Assembly: GCA_965208575.1 (NCBI GenBank)
Contig: CBDBOV010000005.1
Location: 608,001-672,000, forward strand
DNA from: Spirochaetia bacterium
GTDB lineage: Bacteria > Spirochaetota > Spirochaetia > SZUA-6 > Bin103
DNA: 64,000 bases
Reading direction: 5' to 3'
Each line of letters begins with the position of its first letter. Within the stretch, counting starts at the first letter, position 1. The position numbers were made by a program, and so were the translations under genes. Of the stretch, positions 30,996 to 40,422 are shown piece after piece. A model generated the notes under the pieces. It saw only the letters and a list, made by a program, of their open reading frames with translations, was not told where the DNA came from and did not search any database.

Positions 30996-32582
30996 CTAAT
31001 CTCCATCGGTGTCAGCGAAATCGACCGGGATGTTCCTCGAACAGTTGTTTGCCGTGTTCGATTCCCCGGTCACCGCGTCCACGCACAAGACGTAGTAGTA
31101 CCGTCCGGCGGTCGCAGGTGTCTGAAACTCCACAGCCTGGAAGGAGGACGCAGCCGAATCCTGCGTCACGACCAGCGCCGGCACGGCGACCGCACCCACC
31201 CGCGTACCGGCGGACGGTGCGCTCGTCGAATCCGGCAACAGGATGAGGCGCAGCGTGGTGGCCTTGGACGGGCTCCCGCTGTTCCACACATCCGTACCGA
31301 ACGACAATGTCGCTCCGGTAGGTTGCACATTCGGCACGGTCAACTGGCTGACGAAGAGGTCCGGTATGTGCTGCGACACTTCGACCTTCAACGCCGCCGA
31401 GCAGTTGTTCGTCGTTACCGACTCTCCCGCCACGGGGTCCACGCAGGCGCCGAAGTACAATACCGCCTTGCTCGACGGCGCCGTCACCCACCCGCGCACG
31501 GTAACCGAGCGCAAGCTCGACAACGGCCACAACCAGACGCGGTCCAACTTCGTGTCCGACCGCGTCACGGTCGCATCCGTTGAACGGTAAAAGCGCAGCG
31601 CCGTCGGCCCCGCCGTCGCACTGCCGAGATTGACCACTTCGGTCTCGAACTCGAGTCGGCCCCCGATGACCGGCTTGCCGGCGCTCACCCGAAGCGGGTT
31701 GACTATCAGATCCGGCCGTGGCCCCGACACCGGAACCTGCGCCGCCTGCACCGCGACCTGCACCGGAGCCGAGCAGTTGTTCGCCGTGTCGGACTCCTCC
31801 GCCACCGCGTCCACGCACGCGCCGTAGTAGTACGTCCCGGAACTCGACGGAGCGCTCAGCTCCACCGACGCAGGGCTGCTCGTCGAGGCCGCCAGCGCCG
31901 GCACCGCGGCGGCGCCCACCTGCTCGTCGGAGGACGTGATCGCCGCATCGTCCGAACGGTAGACGCTCAGCGTCGTCGCCGCCGCGTCTCCGTCCCCGGC
32001 GTTGCGTACCGTGACCGAGAACGAGAAGCTCGCCCCGGCGGCCGGGCTGGCGTCGCTCACGGCGGGTAATTCCACCACCAAGTCCGGCTGCGGCGACGCC
32101 GGCTCCAGATTCTGCGCCTGCACGTCGACTCGGACCGCTGCCGAACAGTTGTTCGCGGTGTCGGATTCTCCCGCCACCGGATCGGCGCATGCGCCGTAGT
32201 AGGAGGTTCCGGGACTCGACGGCGCCGCCACCTCCACCGACGAGGCGCCGCTCGCCGAAGCCGCCAACGCCGGCACCTTGGCGGTGCCCACCTGCTCGCC
32301 GGCGGGCGTGATCGTCTTATCATCCGAACGGTAGACGCGCAGCGTCGTCGTCGCCGCGTTCCCGCGCCCGGCGTTGCGCACCGTGGCCGAGAACGTGAAG
32401 CTCGTCCCTGTGGCCGGGCGGTGGTCGCTCACCGCCGGAGACTCCACCACCAGGTCCGGATGAGCCGCGCCTGGACCTCCGCCGCAGTTCGCTATTGCAA
32501 TGCATGCCAGCGCGGCGAGCGCGCTGCACGCGACCGGCTGCTTGCGGGAGTAACGCGCAGTCGACCTGGTGTTGCACGGCAT
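30996..32582 (-). CDS. CARDB/Ig-like repeat lipoprotein G8 (4 domains)
   Basis: GGAGGAG RBS, MPCNTRST...IANC lipobox, ends FADTDGD. Confidence 0.85.
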   Translation of the reverse strand: MPCNTRSTARYSRKQPVACSALAALACIAIANCGGGPGAAHPDLVVESPAVSDHRPATGTSFTFSATVRNAGRGNAATTTLRVYRSDDKTITPAGEQVGTAKVPALAASASGASSVEVAAPSSPGTSYYGACADPVAGESDTANNCSAAVRVDVQAQNLEPASPQPDLVVELPAVSDASPAAGASFSFSVTVRNAGDGDAAATTLSVYRSDDAAITSSDEQVGAAAVPALAASTSSPASVELSAPSSSGTYYYGACVDAVAEESDTANNCSAPVQVAVQAAQVPVSGPRPDLIVNPLRVSAGKPVIGGRLEFETEVVNLGSATAGPTALRFYRSTDATVTRSDTKLDRVWLWPLSSLRSVTVRGWVTAPSSKAVLYFGACVDPVAGESVTTNNCSAALKVEVSQHIPDLFVSQLTVPNVQPTGATLSFGTDVWNSGSPSKATTLRLILLPDSTSAPSAGTRVGAVAVPALVVTQDSAASSFQAVEFQTPATAGRYYYVLCVDAVTGESNTANNCSRNIPVDFADTDGD

Positions 32583-32795
32583 TGTCCACTCCTCCGGTTC
32601 GGCGCGACCGTACCGCCGGCGGCCCCGCCGCCGTCGTTCACCAGCGGCGAGGTGCCACCACGTTTCTTCATCGTACAGCGTATCCGATAAACATTCCATG
32701 AACTATCAATCATGAAACAGGCAGGAATCGCATCTTGTGAGGGAGATTCGCGTCTTCTCCCCGGAGTCGTCCCGAGCGACGGGTGGACGAGCCGC

Positions 32796-33362
32796 CTAAT
32801 CTCCGTCGGTGTCGGCGAACTCGACCGGGATGTTCCTCGAACAGTTGTTGGCCGTGTTGGATTCCCCGGTCACCGCGTCCACGCACATGACGTAGTAGTA
32901 CTGTCCGGCGGTCGCAGGTGTCTGAAACTCCACAGCCGGGGAGGAGCACGCCTCCGAATCCTGCGTCACGACCAGCTTCGGCACGGCGGCCGCACCCACC
33001 CGCGTACCGGCGGACGGTGCGCTCGTCGAACCCGGCAACAGGATGAGGCGCAGCGTGGTCGCCTTGGACGGGCTTCCGCTGTTGCACACATCTGTACCGA
33101 ACAACAACGTCGCTCCGGTAGGCTGCACCGTGTTGACTGCCAGCGTGGCGACAAAGAGGTCCGGTATGTGGTGCGACACTTCGACCTTCAACGCCGCCGA
33201 GCAGTTGTTCGTCGTTACCGACTCTCCCGCCACGGTGTCCACGCAGGCGCCGAAGTACAATACCGCTTTTTTCGACGGCGCCGTCAACGACGAGCGCACT
33301 GTTACCAAGGGCAAGCCCAAGCCCAAATTCCGGCCCGGCAACGGCCACAACCAGACGGTGGC
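32796..33362 (-). pseudogene. 3' half of CARDB lipoprotein G9 (split by transposon)
   Basis: ATVWLWP...FADTDGD continues in frame from DTEFA at about 37670; paralog of G8. Confidence 0.9.
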
Positions 33363-33497
33363 TAAGAGCGCTCGGGCTAATTGATGGGACGTTGATCGAG
33401 CAATTCGAGGGACAGGATTGGACAGGAAGGAGCGAGGGGTGGGTGTTTCCCGTGCTTCCCGTTTCCGCGATCGGTAAGGAAGGGAAACGGGGAACAG

Positions 33498-34522
33498 CTA
33501 TTGCACGGCGGACCAGCCATGCGGTGTGCGGGTGATGCGACCGTCAGTTTCGAGAGTGCGCAGTGCGGCGGAGAGCGACTGGTCACGGACGCGCAGAGTC
33601 GCACGCAGGGCGCGATGGGGCATGGGGCCGGCGCTGCGCAGGTGAGCGACGATGCGCTCGGCGAAGGTCGAGGCGGTGGGTGGCGGCGGCGCAGGCGGGT
33701 CATCCGGGTTGTGAGACTCGGATGAACCGGAAGGTCCTGGCAGTCGCGGGAGAGTTCGGTGTGTTCCTGCAGCTCGAGACGAACCAGAGGGGGTTGGCCA
33801 GCGCGGGGGTGATCGGTGGCCAACAGATGGAGCGACAGAGGCGCCGGCGGAGGTGCGGCACGATGCTCGACGGTGAGCCGCAGGCGGTTGGGCCGGCCGG
33901 ACAGATAGAGGTTGGAATCGCCCCAGGCCCAGAAGTCGCCGGAGCCGCGCAGCGCCTGGCCGGGAACGGCGGCGCCGCTCTTGCGGGCATGGTGGACGAG
34001 GAGGACGGCGGCGTTGAAGGTGCGTGCCAACTCACGCAGTGCGGCGAGAATGGCGGCGACTTGACGGGCGTCATTTTCATCGGCGCGCTGGAGGCGTACG
34101 AATGGATCGAGGATCAACAGCTTGGGATGCTGGCCGGCGAGGGTAAGGTGGAGCCGGTGCAGGTCCTGGGGATGGTCGAGGCGGAGCGCGGTGTCGAGGA
34201 TGAGCCTGACATCGAGTGCGGCGAAGTCGGCGCCGCGCGCGTGCGCGATGCCCTGGATGCGACGCTTGACCTGATGCGGGGAGTCTTCAGCGGCGAGGAC
34301 GAGCACCGGCCCGGGACAGGGGACCGGGAAGCGGCCCAGGCACGGACGCCCGGAGGCGACCGCGACTGCCAACTCCAACGCCAAGAATGTCTTGCCACTT
34401 TTCGGGGCTCCCCCGATGAGACCGACCGCCGAAGCGCCCCACAACGGCTCGATGAGCCAGTGCGGCTGGTCTGCGGGGAGGTCCTGAAGGTGAGCGGCGC
34501 GGACCACACGCAGTGCTGCCAT
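33498..34522 (-). CDS. AAA_25/RepA-like ATPase with a C-terminal winged helix in another frame (frameshifted)
   Basis: WLIEPLW, GAPKSGKT, LILDPF, LVHHARK, LRGSGD; wHTH FAERIVAHLRS...LRTLETDGRITRTPHGW* lies in the -1 frame and ends at 33498. Confidence 0.75.
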
Positions 34523-34524
34523 GG

Positions 34525-35364
34525 TCAGCGCGGGCGGCGGGTGGCGCGGGCGGGCGGCGCCGGTGAGAACAGCTCGAAGTAGAGCTTCTCGTCGATTTGG
34601 GGCGACTCGTTCCGGGCTGCGGCGACCAGCAACTCGGCCGCCGTGGTCAACAGCACGCGGTAGTTGCCGAGGGCATGTTCGCACAGGGTGACGATGAGTT
34701 GGTCGGTCATCAGAGCGGAGTTGCCGGCGGCGTTCAGGAGGTGCCTGAGGGCGTCCTGGAGCTGCTCGGCAGAGGCCGGCTGGAGGGCGAGCCTGGTGCG
34801 GACGCGGTTGCCGAGGGGCACCAGGTCCTGGTGGCGCAGCTTGTCCTGCAAGCGCAAGTCACCGGCCAGCACCACACTCAGGAGCTGGCGCGAATCGAAC
34901 CGCGTGCTGCTGAGCAGACGCAGTTCAGCGGCCACGGGAGGAGCGAGTTCCTGCGCCTCGTCGACCAGCAGCAGGGGGCGCAGCAGGGTGGTGTCGAGGT
35001 GCAAGGTCCAGCGCTCACGCAACGCCTTGGCGCCACCCCAGCGATTGTGGGGTCGCAACGGGACGCCGAACAGGTCGCCCAACTCGCGGTAGAAGTCGGC
35101 CACGTTGGCCTGCGGTCGGGAGATGGCGCCGACCACCAGATCCGGCTCGGCGGCGAGCCGCTCACTGAGCAGGCGCAAGGTGACGCTCTTGCCGCTGCCG
35201 GACTCGCCGGTGATCAGCGCGAAGCCACCTTCGCGCACCAGCGCGAACTGGATGCGCCACAGGAAGTTCTCCACCTCGGGTGCGATCCACAGCGCCTCGG
35301 TCGGCAGCTCGGGTGCGAACGGGTTGAACTTCAGCCCGTAGAGAGCGAGCAATTTGCGGTTCAT
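34525..35364 (-). CDS. ExeA/AAA_22 family ATPase (TnsC/MuB-like transposition helper)
   Basis: YGLKFNPF, GESGSGKS, LLVDEAQ; ATGA overlap with the transposase. Confidence 0.88.
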   Translation of the reverse strand: MNRKLLALYGLKFNPFAPELPTEALWIAPEVENFLWRIQFALVREGGFALITGESGSGKSVTLRLLSERLAAEPDLVVGAISRPQANVADFYRELGDLFGVPLRPHNRWGGAKALRERWTLHLDTTLLRPLLLVDEAQELAPPVAAELRLLSSTRFDSRQLLSVVLAGDLRLQDKLRHQDLVPLGNRVRTRLALQPASAEQLQDALRHLLNAAGNSALMTDQLIVTLCEHALGNYRVLLTTAAELLVAAARNESPQIDEKLYFELFSPAPPARATRRPR

Positions 35365-36827
35365 CGGAGATCCTCCTCGGGGTTCTCTGGTTTGGGGATG
35401 TAGGCCGGCGGCAGGCCGGTGGCCGCGTAGTCGGCAAGCAGCTTCTGCAACAGTGGTGCGACTCCTGACGGCGCCGCGGGTGCGGTCGCGGCATCGGTCT
35501 GTCGGCGACGGCGCTGGCCGCCGGCGTTGTCGACCTTGTTGACCGGATGGATGGTCGCCACCTCGGCGCCGGTGCGCTCATCGACCACCGCGGCCTGACT
35601 GAGATCCCAGCGCGCATAGCGCACCGCCACGCGTGCCAGGTGATGCAGCCGGCCCGGCAGCTCGAAGCGCACGCCGTCGAGAGTCAGGGTGCCGTCACTG
35701 CGGCGCTGCGTGCGCCGCACCTTGACCCGAAAGGCGCGCCGCAGCTCCGGCGCCGCCGGGCAGTCGCGCAGCACGTTGTTCGACTCCAGGAACGAAGCCA
35801 GCGGCGTCTGCCCGGTCTCGGAGTGCACGCGTCGGTGGTACTCCAACTCGATCCAGGCCACGGTGGCTTGGTTGAGCCGCTCCAAGGTCAGATCAGGCAC
35901 CCCTTCCAGCATCGCCAACAGACGCGTCTCGATCGGCACCCAGAACACTTCCTGCTTGGCGTTCTGATAGGGCGAATAGGGCAGCGTCAACTCCTGCAGC
36001 ACGCCCAACTGAGCCAACCCTTCTTCGATCTCGGCCGCCGTCTCGGCGCCGCCGTTGTCGGTCATCAGGGCACGCGGCAGGCCGCGCTTGAGGAACGCCT
36101 GCCCGAGCCCGTGGACGAAGCTCTCCGCATCCTCCTGCAGGTACCACTGCGCGTGGCAGCACAGCCGCGACTTGTCGTCCAGGACCGCGAACAACTGCGG
36201 CCTGACCCACTGTCCCTGGCGGGTCAGCACCTCCCGCGAGGCATGATGAAAGTCGGCATGGAACAAGCCGCCGACGTACTCGGCTTCGTAGCTGCGCACC
36301 TCGCGGTGCTCCAGGCGCCAGGCGGCTTTGCGGGCGCCGGCGGTGTGCCGTACCCGGACGCGCTTGCGACGGTACAACCCTTGCGTCTTCATCCACCGCC
36401 GCACCACCGCGTAGGACGGCACCCGCCCCAACTCCTCCTGCTGCGTGGCCAGCACCTTCAAGTTGTCGTGATGCAACTGGTAGCTCCAGCCGGGGTGGTC
36501 CTGGTGCTGCTGGCGGAGCACCACGCGCAGCGCCGCCGACACGCTCGGATGCCCGCCCGCATCGCTGCGTACCTGGTTGCGCAGCGCCGCCACCGGATCC
36601 CGCTCCTGCCGGGCGCGGTAGTACCAGCGTTCGATCGTCGACACTCCCAGCCTGATCGGTCGCTTGCTCAGCGGGTGCTGGTACTCCCGCGCGGCGAGCT
36701 CCCGCAGCGCCTGCTGCAGTTCGCCGCACGCCGGTGGCGCGGCCAACAGCGGCCCGATCACCGAAAACCGGAATCGTGCCCACTGATCGCGGTCCGAGAC
36801 CTCTCGTTGTCTGTCTGATGCTTCCAT
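35361..36827 (-). CDS. DDE transposase (rve core, Mu-transposase-like C-terminus)
   Basis: N-terminal HTH (STIERWYY); FHADFHH, LMTDNGG, NAKQEVFW; RRSDGTLTLDGVRFE. Confidence 0.92.
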   Translation of the reverse strand: MEASDRQREVSDRDQWARFRFSVIGPLLAAPPACGELQQALRELAAREYQHPLSKRPIRLGVSTIERWYYRARQERDPVAALRNQVRSDAGGHPSVSAALRVVLRQQHQDHPGWSYQLHHDNLKVLATQQEELGRVPSYAVVRRWMKTQGLYRRKRVRVRHTAGARKAAWRLEHREVRSYEAEYVGGLFHADFHHASREVLTRQGQWVRPQLFAVLDDKSRLCCHAQWYLQEDAESFVHGLGQAFLKRGLPRALMTDNGGAETAAEIEEGLAQLGVLQELTLPYSPYQNAKQEVFWVPIETRLLAMLEGVPDLTLERLNQATVAWIELEYHRRVHSETGQTPLASFLESNNVLRDCPAAPELRRAFRVKVRRTQRRSDGTLTLDGVRFELPGRLHHLARVAVRYARWDLSQAAVVDERTGAEVATIHPVNKVDNAGGQRRRRQTDAATAPAAPSGVAPLLQKLLADYAATGLPPAYIPKPENPEEDLR

Positions 36828-36934
36828 TTCCCCCGGTTCCTGCTGCTCGCCCCAAATCTGGCCAGCGCAGCGCCCCGGGGATAGATCACAACTCGTGCGG
36901 GAGCTTCAGCGCGGCTTGCATCTTCTGCGGGAAC

Positions 36935-37522
36935 TCACCGGTCCATCACCGAGCCCGCTCCGGCGGTCGCCGGCGCCAGATAGTGCAACGCTGCCACCAG
37001 CCGCTCGGCGGCGTCGGTCTGCTCAAACCGCTCCAGCAGCGAGGCAGGCAGCGACTCCTCATCTACCGGCGACGCAAACCGCCCCCGCCCGGCGCGCCAG
37101 AACGAACTGTTCGGGAACTCCTCCAGCCACCACTGGCGCCAGCGCTTCAGCGTATGCCGGCTCAACGTCGGCGCCTGCAACTGCTCGCGCAACTGTTCTG
37201 TTCGCTTCTGCGTGATCCCGTTGTGCAGGCTGAACGCCAGCACAAACACCGGCCCCAGGTACACCCGCCGGCCCCAGAACCGCAGCGCCGGCGGCGTCAC
37301 CCGCTTGCGGCACCCCGCCGCCGCGCAACAGAAACTCGCCCGCTGCTCATACTTCGCCGGCAATTCCCTCGGCCCGCCGCGCGGCTTGCGTTCATAGCGC
37401 GCCGAGTGCAGCACACCCGCGCAGTGCGGACAGCCCTTGCTCCGCACCCCCCGGGCCACGTCCTCGTCGATTCTCAGCAGCAGACGATGAAAGCTGGTAT
37501 CTCCCAGCAGTCTGTGTAACAC
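36935..37522 (-). CDS. Cys-rich Zn-finger/HTH protein, first gene of the transposon (DUF6431-like)
   Basis: AAGGAG RBS plus GTG; CPHC...CC...CRKR; TLKRWRQWW. Confidence 0.75.
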   Translation of the reverse strand: MLHRLLGDTSFHRLLLRIDEDVARGVRSKGCPHCAGVLHSARYERKPRGGPRELPAKYEQRASFCCAAAGCRKRVTPPALRFWGRRVYLGPVFVLAFSLHNGITQKRTEQLREQLQAPTLSRHTLKRWRQWWLEEFPNSSFWRAGRGRFASPVDEESLPASLLERFEQTDAAERLVAALHYLAPATAGAGSVMDR

Positions 37523-37525
37523 TGA

Positions 37526-37597
37526 TGGTCTCCTTGCCTTTCGATTACAAGGAGACCACCCCCTCACGGGCTTGTTGGTCAAGCTCCGTGAGGGGGT
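37526..37597. promoter_or_regulatory. Two tandem hairpins in the transposon leader; one sequesters the RBS
   Basis: tggtctccttg/caaggagacca (11-bp perfect IR, 37526-37558) and accccctcacgg/ccgtgagggggt (12-bp IR, 37558-37597) followed by tcttttcccttc. Confidence 0.7.
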
Positions 37598-37667
37598 TCT
37601 TTTCCCTTCCCTCAATCAGCTCGACCCAGAATCACGCTTATCCCATCGATATTCGTGGCGCTGCTGA

Positions 37668-38698
37668 GCGAACTCCGTGTCCGACCGCGTCACGGTCGCA
37701 TCCGTTGAACGGTAGAAGCGCAGCGCCGTCGGCCCCGCGGTCGCACTGCCGCGGTTGACCACTTCGGTTTCTAACGTGAATCGGCCCCCGATGGCCGGCT
37801 TGCCGGCGCTCACCCGAAGCCGGTTGACTACCAGGTCCGGCCGTGGCCCCGACACCGGAACCTGCGCCGCCTGCACCGCGACCTGCACCGGAGCCGAGCA
37901 GTTGTTCGCCGTGTCGGACTCCTCCGCCACCGCGTGCACGCACGCGCCGTAGTAGTACGTCCCGGAACTCGACGGAGCGCTCAGCTCCACCGACGCAGGG
38001 CTGCTCGTCGAGGCAGCCAGCGCCGGCACCGCGGCGGCGTCCACCTGCTCGCCGGAAGGTGTGATCGTCTCATCATTCGAACGGTAGACGCGCAGCGTCG
38101 TCGCCGCCGCGTCTCCGTCCCCGGCGTTGCGTACCGTGACCGAGAACGAGAAGCTCGCCGCGGCGGCCGGGCTGGCGTCGCTCACGGCGGGTGATTCCAC
38201 CACCAGGTCCGGCCGCGGCGCCGTATCCTGCACCTGCACGATGACTCGGACCGTTGCCGAACAGTTGTTCGCGGTGTCCGATTCTCCCGCCACCGGCTCG
38301 ACGCACCCGCCGTAGTAGGAGGTTCCGGGACTCGACGGCGCTGTTACCTGCACCGACGCGACGCGGCTTGCCGAAGCCGTCAGCCCCGTCACCGTGGCGT
38401 CGCCCACCTGCTCGTCGGAGGGCGTGATCGCCTCATCGTCCGAACGGTACACGCGCAGCGTGGTCGCCGCCGCGCTCCCGCGCCCGGCGTTGCGCACGGT
38501 GGCCGAGAACGTGAAGCTCGTCCCGGCGGTCGTGCGGTGGTCGCTCACCGCGGCATCTTCCACCACCAAGTCGGGATGAGCCGCGCCCGGGCCTCCGCCG
38601 CAGTTCGCCAGTGCAATGCATGCCAGCGCGGCCAGCGCGCTGCACGCGACCGGCTGCTTGCGGGAGTAACGCGCAGTCGACCTGGTGTTGCACGGCAT
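37668..38698 (-). pseudogene. 5' half of CARDB lipoprotein G9
   Basis: MPCNTRST...LANC leader nearly identical to G8; breaks after RSDTEFA. Confidence 0.9.
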
Positions 38699-38984
38699 TG
38701 TCCACTCCTCCGGTTCGGCGCGACCGTACCGCCGGCGGCCCCGCCGCCGGCGGTCGCCAGCGGCGAGGTGCCACCACGTTTCTTCATCGTACAGCGTATC
38801 CGATAAACTTTCCATGAACTATCAATCATGAAACAGGCAGAAATCGCATCTTGTGAGGGAGATTCGCGTCTTCTCCCCGGAGTCGTCCCGAGCGACGGGT
38901 GGACGAGCCGGGCAGGACGCGAGAGGTGAGAGGTGAGCGGATCTGTCCCGCCGCAACCAGGGGCCCGCTGTCAGCGCAGGCTCC

Positions 38985-39056
38985 ACGTCACCGCCTACCC
39001 GCGCTCCGCCGTGCGCGAGATGTCTACCCGCCTAATCTCCGTCGGTGTCGGCGAAC
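38985..39056 (-). pseudogene. 3'-terminal relic of another G8/G9-type gene (FADTDGD*) with its downstream flank
   Basis: acgtcaccg...ccgccgtgcgc.agatgt...cccgcctaatctcc.tcggtgtc matches about 30949-31020. Confidence 0.75.
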
Positions 39057-39488
39057 CGGCGCACCGGCTTGCGCCCGGCCCTGGGGGCGGGTGTGCGAGC
39101 AGTCAACCGGGTGCCGGCGGGGGGTGCGAACGCAGAAAGCGGTAGCGTGTTCCGACAGAGCCGGCCGGTGGGCAGTGCTTGGGTGCCGGGTTTCATCGTC
39201 TTCCATGGCATCGAGTGCTGTACAGATTCGGACCGAGAGTGGAGACGGTGCGAGGCAGCCCGCCGTACCGACAGGTCGCGAACACGGAGAGAAACCGGAA
39301 AAAAGTTGTGCGTACCCCTTGACGCGATTTTCGGTGCCCATAAGCGCCCGCCACGGCCCGTGGCGGCCCCTCCGACTGTCCGAAAACGACTCGGCCTCCG
39401 TGGACGCGGCAGCACCCCGCTGAGCGGCCCTCCGGGCGCCGTTCCACCGCCATCGAGGACTCGAACGAATCGGCTATTTTCAATCCCA

Positions 39489-39507
39489 TGGTATACTTAT
39501 GAGTATG
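39489..39507 (+). promoter_or_regulatory. Extended -10 promoter (TGgTATACT) with probable leaderless ATG of the HNH gene, now cut off by IS66
   Basis: TG-G-TATACT at 39489-39497; ATG at 39505 is the first codon of the duplicated target. Confidence 0.55.
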
Positions 39508-39525
39508 AGTGAGTAAACATTCGGT

Positions 39526-40422
39526 TTAACGGTGGGGAGGAGGATTGAGAGGAGCGCAGAGTCGGCGGCGGAAGTCGCGCCTGAGCGGGTAGAGCCAGAT
39601 GTCCTTCCTGGGCAGCGAGTAGGTCTTGTGCACATCGAGTTTGCCGCGCCCTTGGGTCTGTCCGACGTGGGTCCAGTTGGCGGCGCGGTAGCTGGTACCG
39701 GCGAAGCGGTCGGTCTGCACGAAGGTCTCCAGGAGCAGCGGTCGGTAGCCATAGCGAGCCTGCCAGTCATCGGGCAGCCGGCGGCTGATGCGCGCCAGCA
39801 CGGTGGAAGCGAGATTGCGCACCTGCACCCAGGGCAGGATCAAGAAGCGGGCGTTGTTCACGACCAACTGCAGCCGGGCTTCGCGTTGGGCAACGCTCCA
39901 GCCGATGAAGCGGTCACGGGGAGCCGCCTTCCAGGCGCTGGCGCCAAAGCCGACCACCGCCAGCACCTGCCGCTGGCTGGTGACCAGGTAACGCATCTGT
40001 GCTCCCGGCAGCGGGGTATAGCCGAGGTAGTGGTAACGGTCCACGTACTCGCGCCACAACTGCGCTTCGCGCTGATCGGCCAGCGGTCGTACGTGCAGCG
40101 CCGGCAGCGCATCGACGCGGGCGATGATCGGCAACTCCGGTTCCGCCTGCGGGGTACGGTGGCGGTGCAGGGTGCCGTTGTAGTGGCGCCGGCGCGGCGC
40201 CGGCAGTTGGATGAGCCCGTCGCGGTGCATGCGCAGCATGGCGACCCGACAGCTCATGTCCTTCAGTTGACCGTTGGCACGCCGCCAGGGGAGCCGTTCG
40301 CACACCACCTTCGAGAGGGCGAACCGATGGCGGCTGGGGTCCTCGGCGATGATGGCGCGGATCAGCTGCATCTCGTTTTCGCTGAACAGCCGTCCGCAGT
40401 AGCGCAGCGCCTCAGGCGGCAC
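39526..40422 (-). CDS. DUF4338 (DruA-like domain) protein
   Basis: RYCGR, DRYHYLGY, RDRFIGW, NNARFLILPWV, LLETFV, GTSYRAANW. Confidence 0.85.
   Translation of the reverse strand: MPPEALRYCGRLFSENEMQLIRAIIAEDPSRHRFALSKVVCERLPWRRANGQLKDMSCRVAMLRMHRDGLIQLPAPRRRHYNGTLHRHRTPQAEPELPIIARVDALPALHVRPLADQREAQLWREYVDRYHYLGYTPLPGAQMRYLVTSQRQVLAVVGFGASAWKAAPRDRFIGWSVAQREARLQLVVNNARFLILPWVQVRNLASTVLARISRRLPDDWQARYGYRPLLLETFVQTDRFAGTSYRAANWTHVGQTQGRGKLDVHKTYSLPRKDIWLYPLRRDFRRRLCAPLNPPPHR

Larger units (their letters stand above)
33363..37667 (-). mobile_element. 4305-bp four-gene DDE transposon (Zn-finger protein, Mu/rve-type transposase, ExeA-like ATPase, AAA_25 protein)
   Basis: Removing it and one GC copy restores G9 (GAG TTC GCC ACC GTC TGG). 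GC flanks both sides (33361-62, 37668-69). Imperfect terminal IRs taagagcgc..ttgatggga..tcgagcaattcgaggga / tcagcagcgc..tcgatggga..tcgagctgattgaggga. Confidence 0.88.

Noticed and set aside
34525-35364. Type II secretion ExeA
   Set aside because: Coupled to a transposase within element ends; no T2SS genes nearby
39049-39056. Shared ggcgaac at the transposon target and at the 39056 breakpoint as a common target motif
   Set aside because: Break offsets differ and a 7-mer match is weak evidence in GC-rich paralogous DNA
39526-40422. Complete Druantia anti-phage system
   Set aside because: Only a DUF4338 gene inside IS66; no DruE helicase or other dru genes
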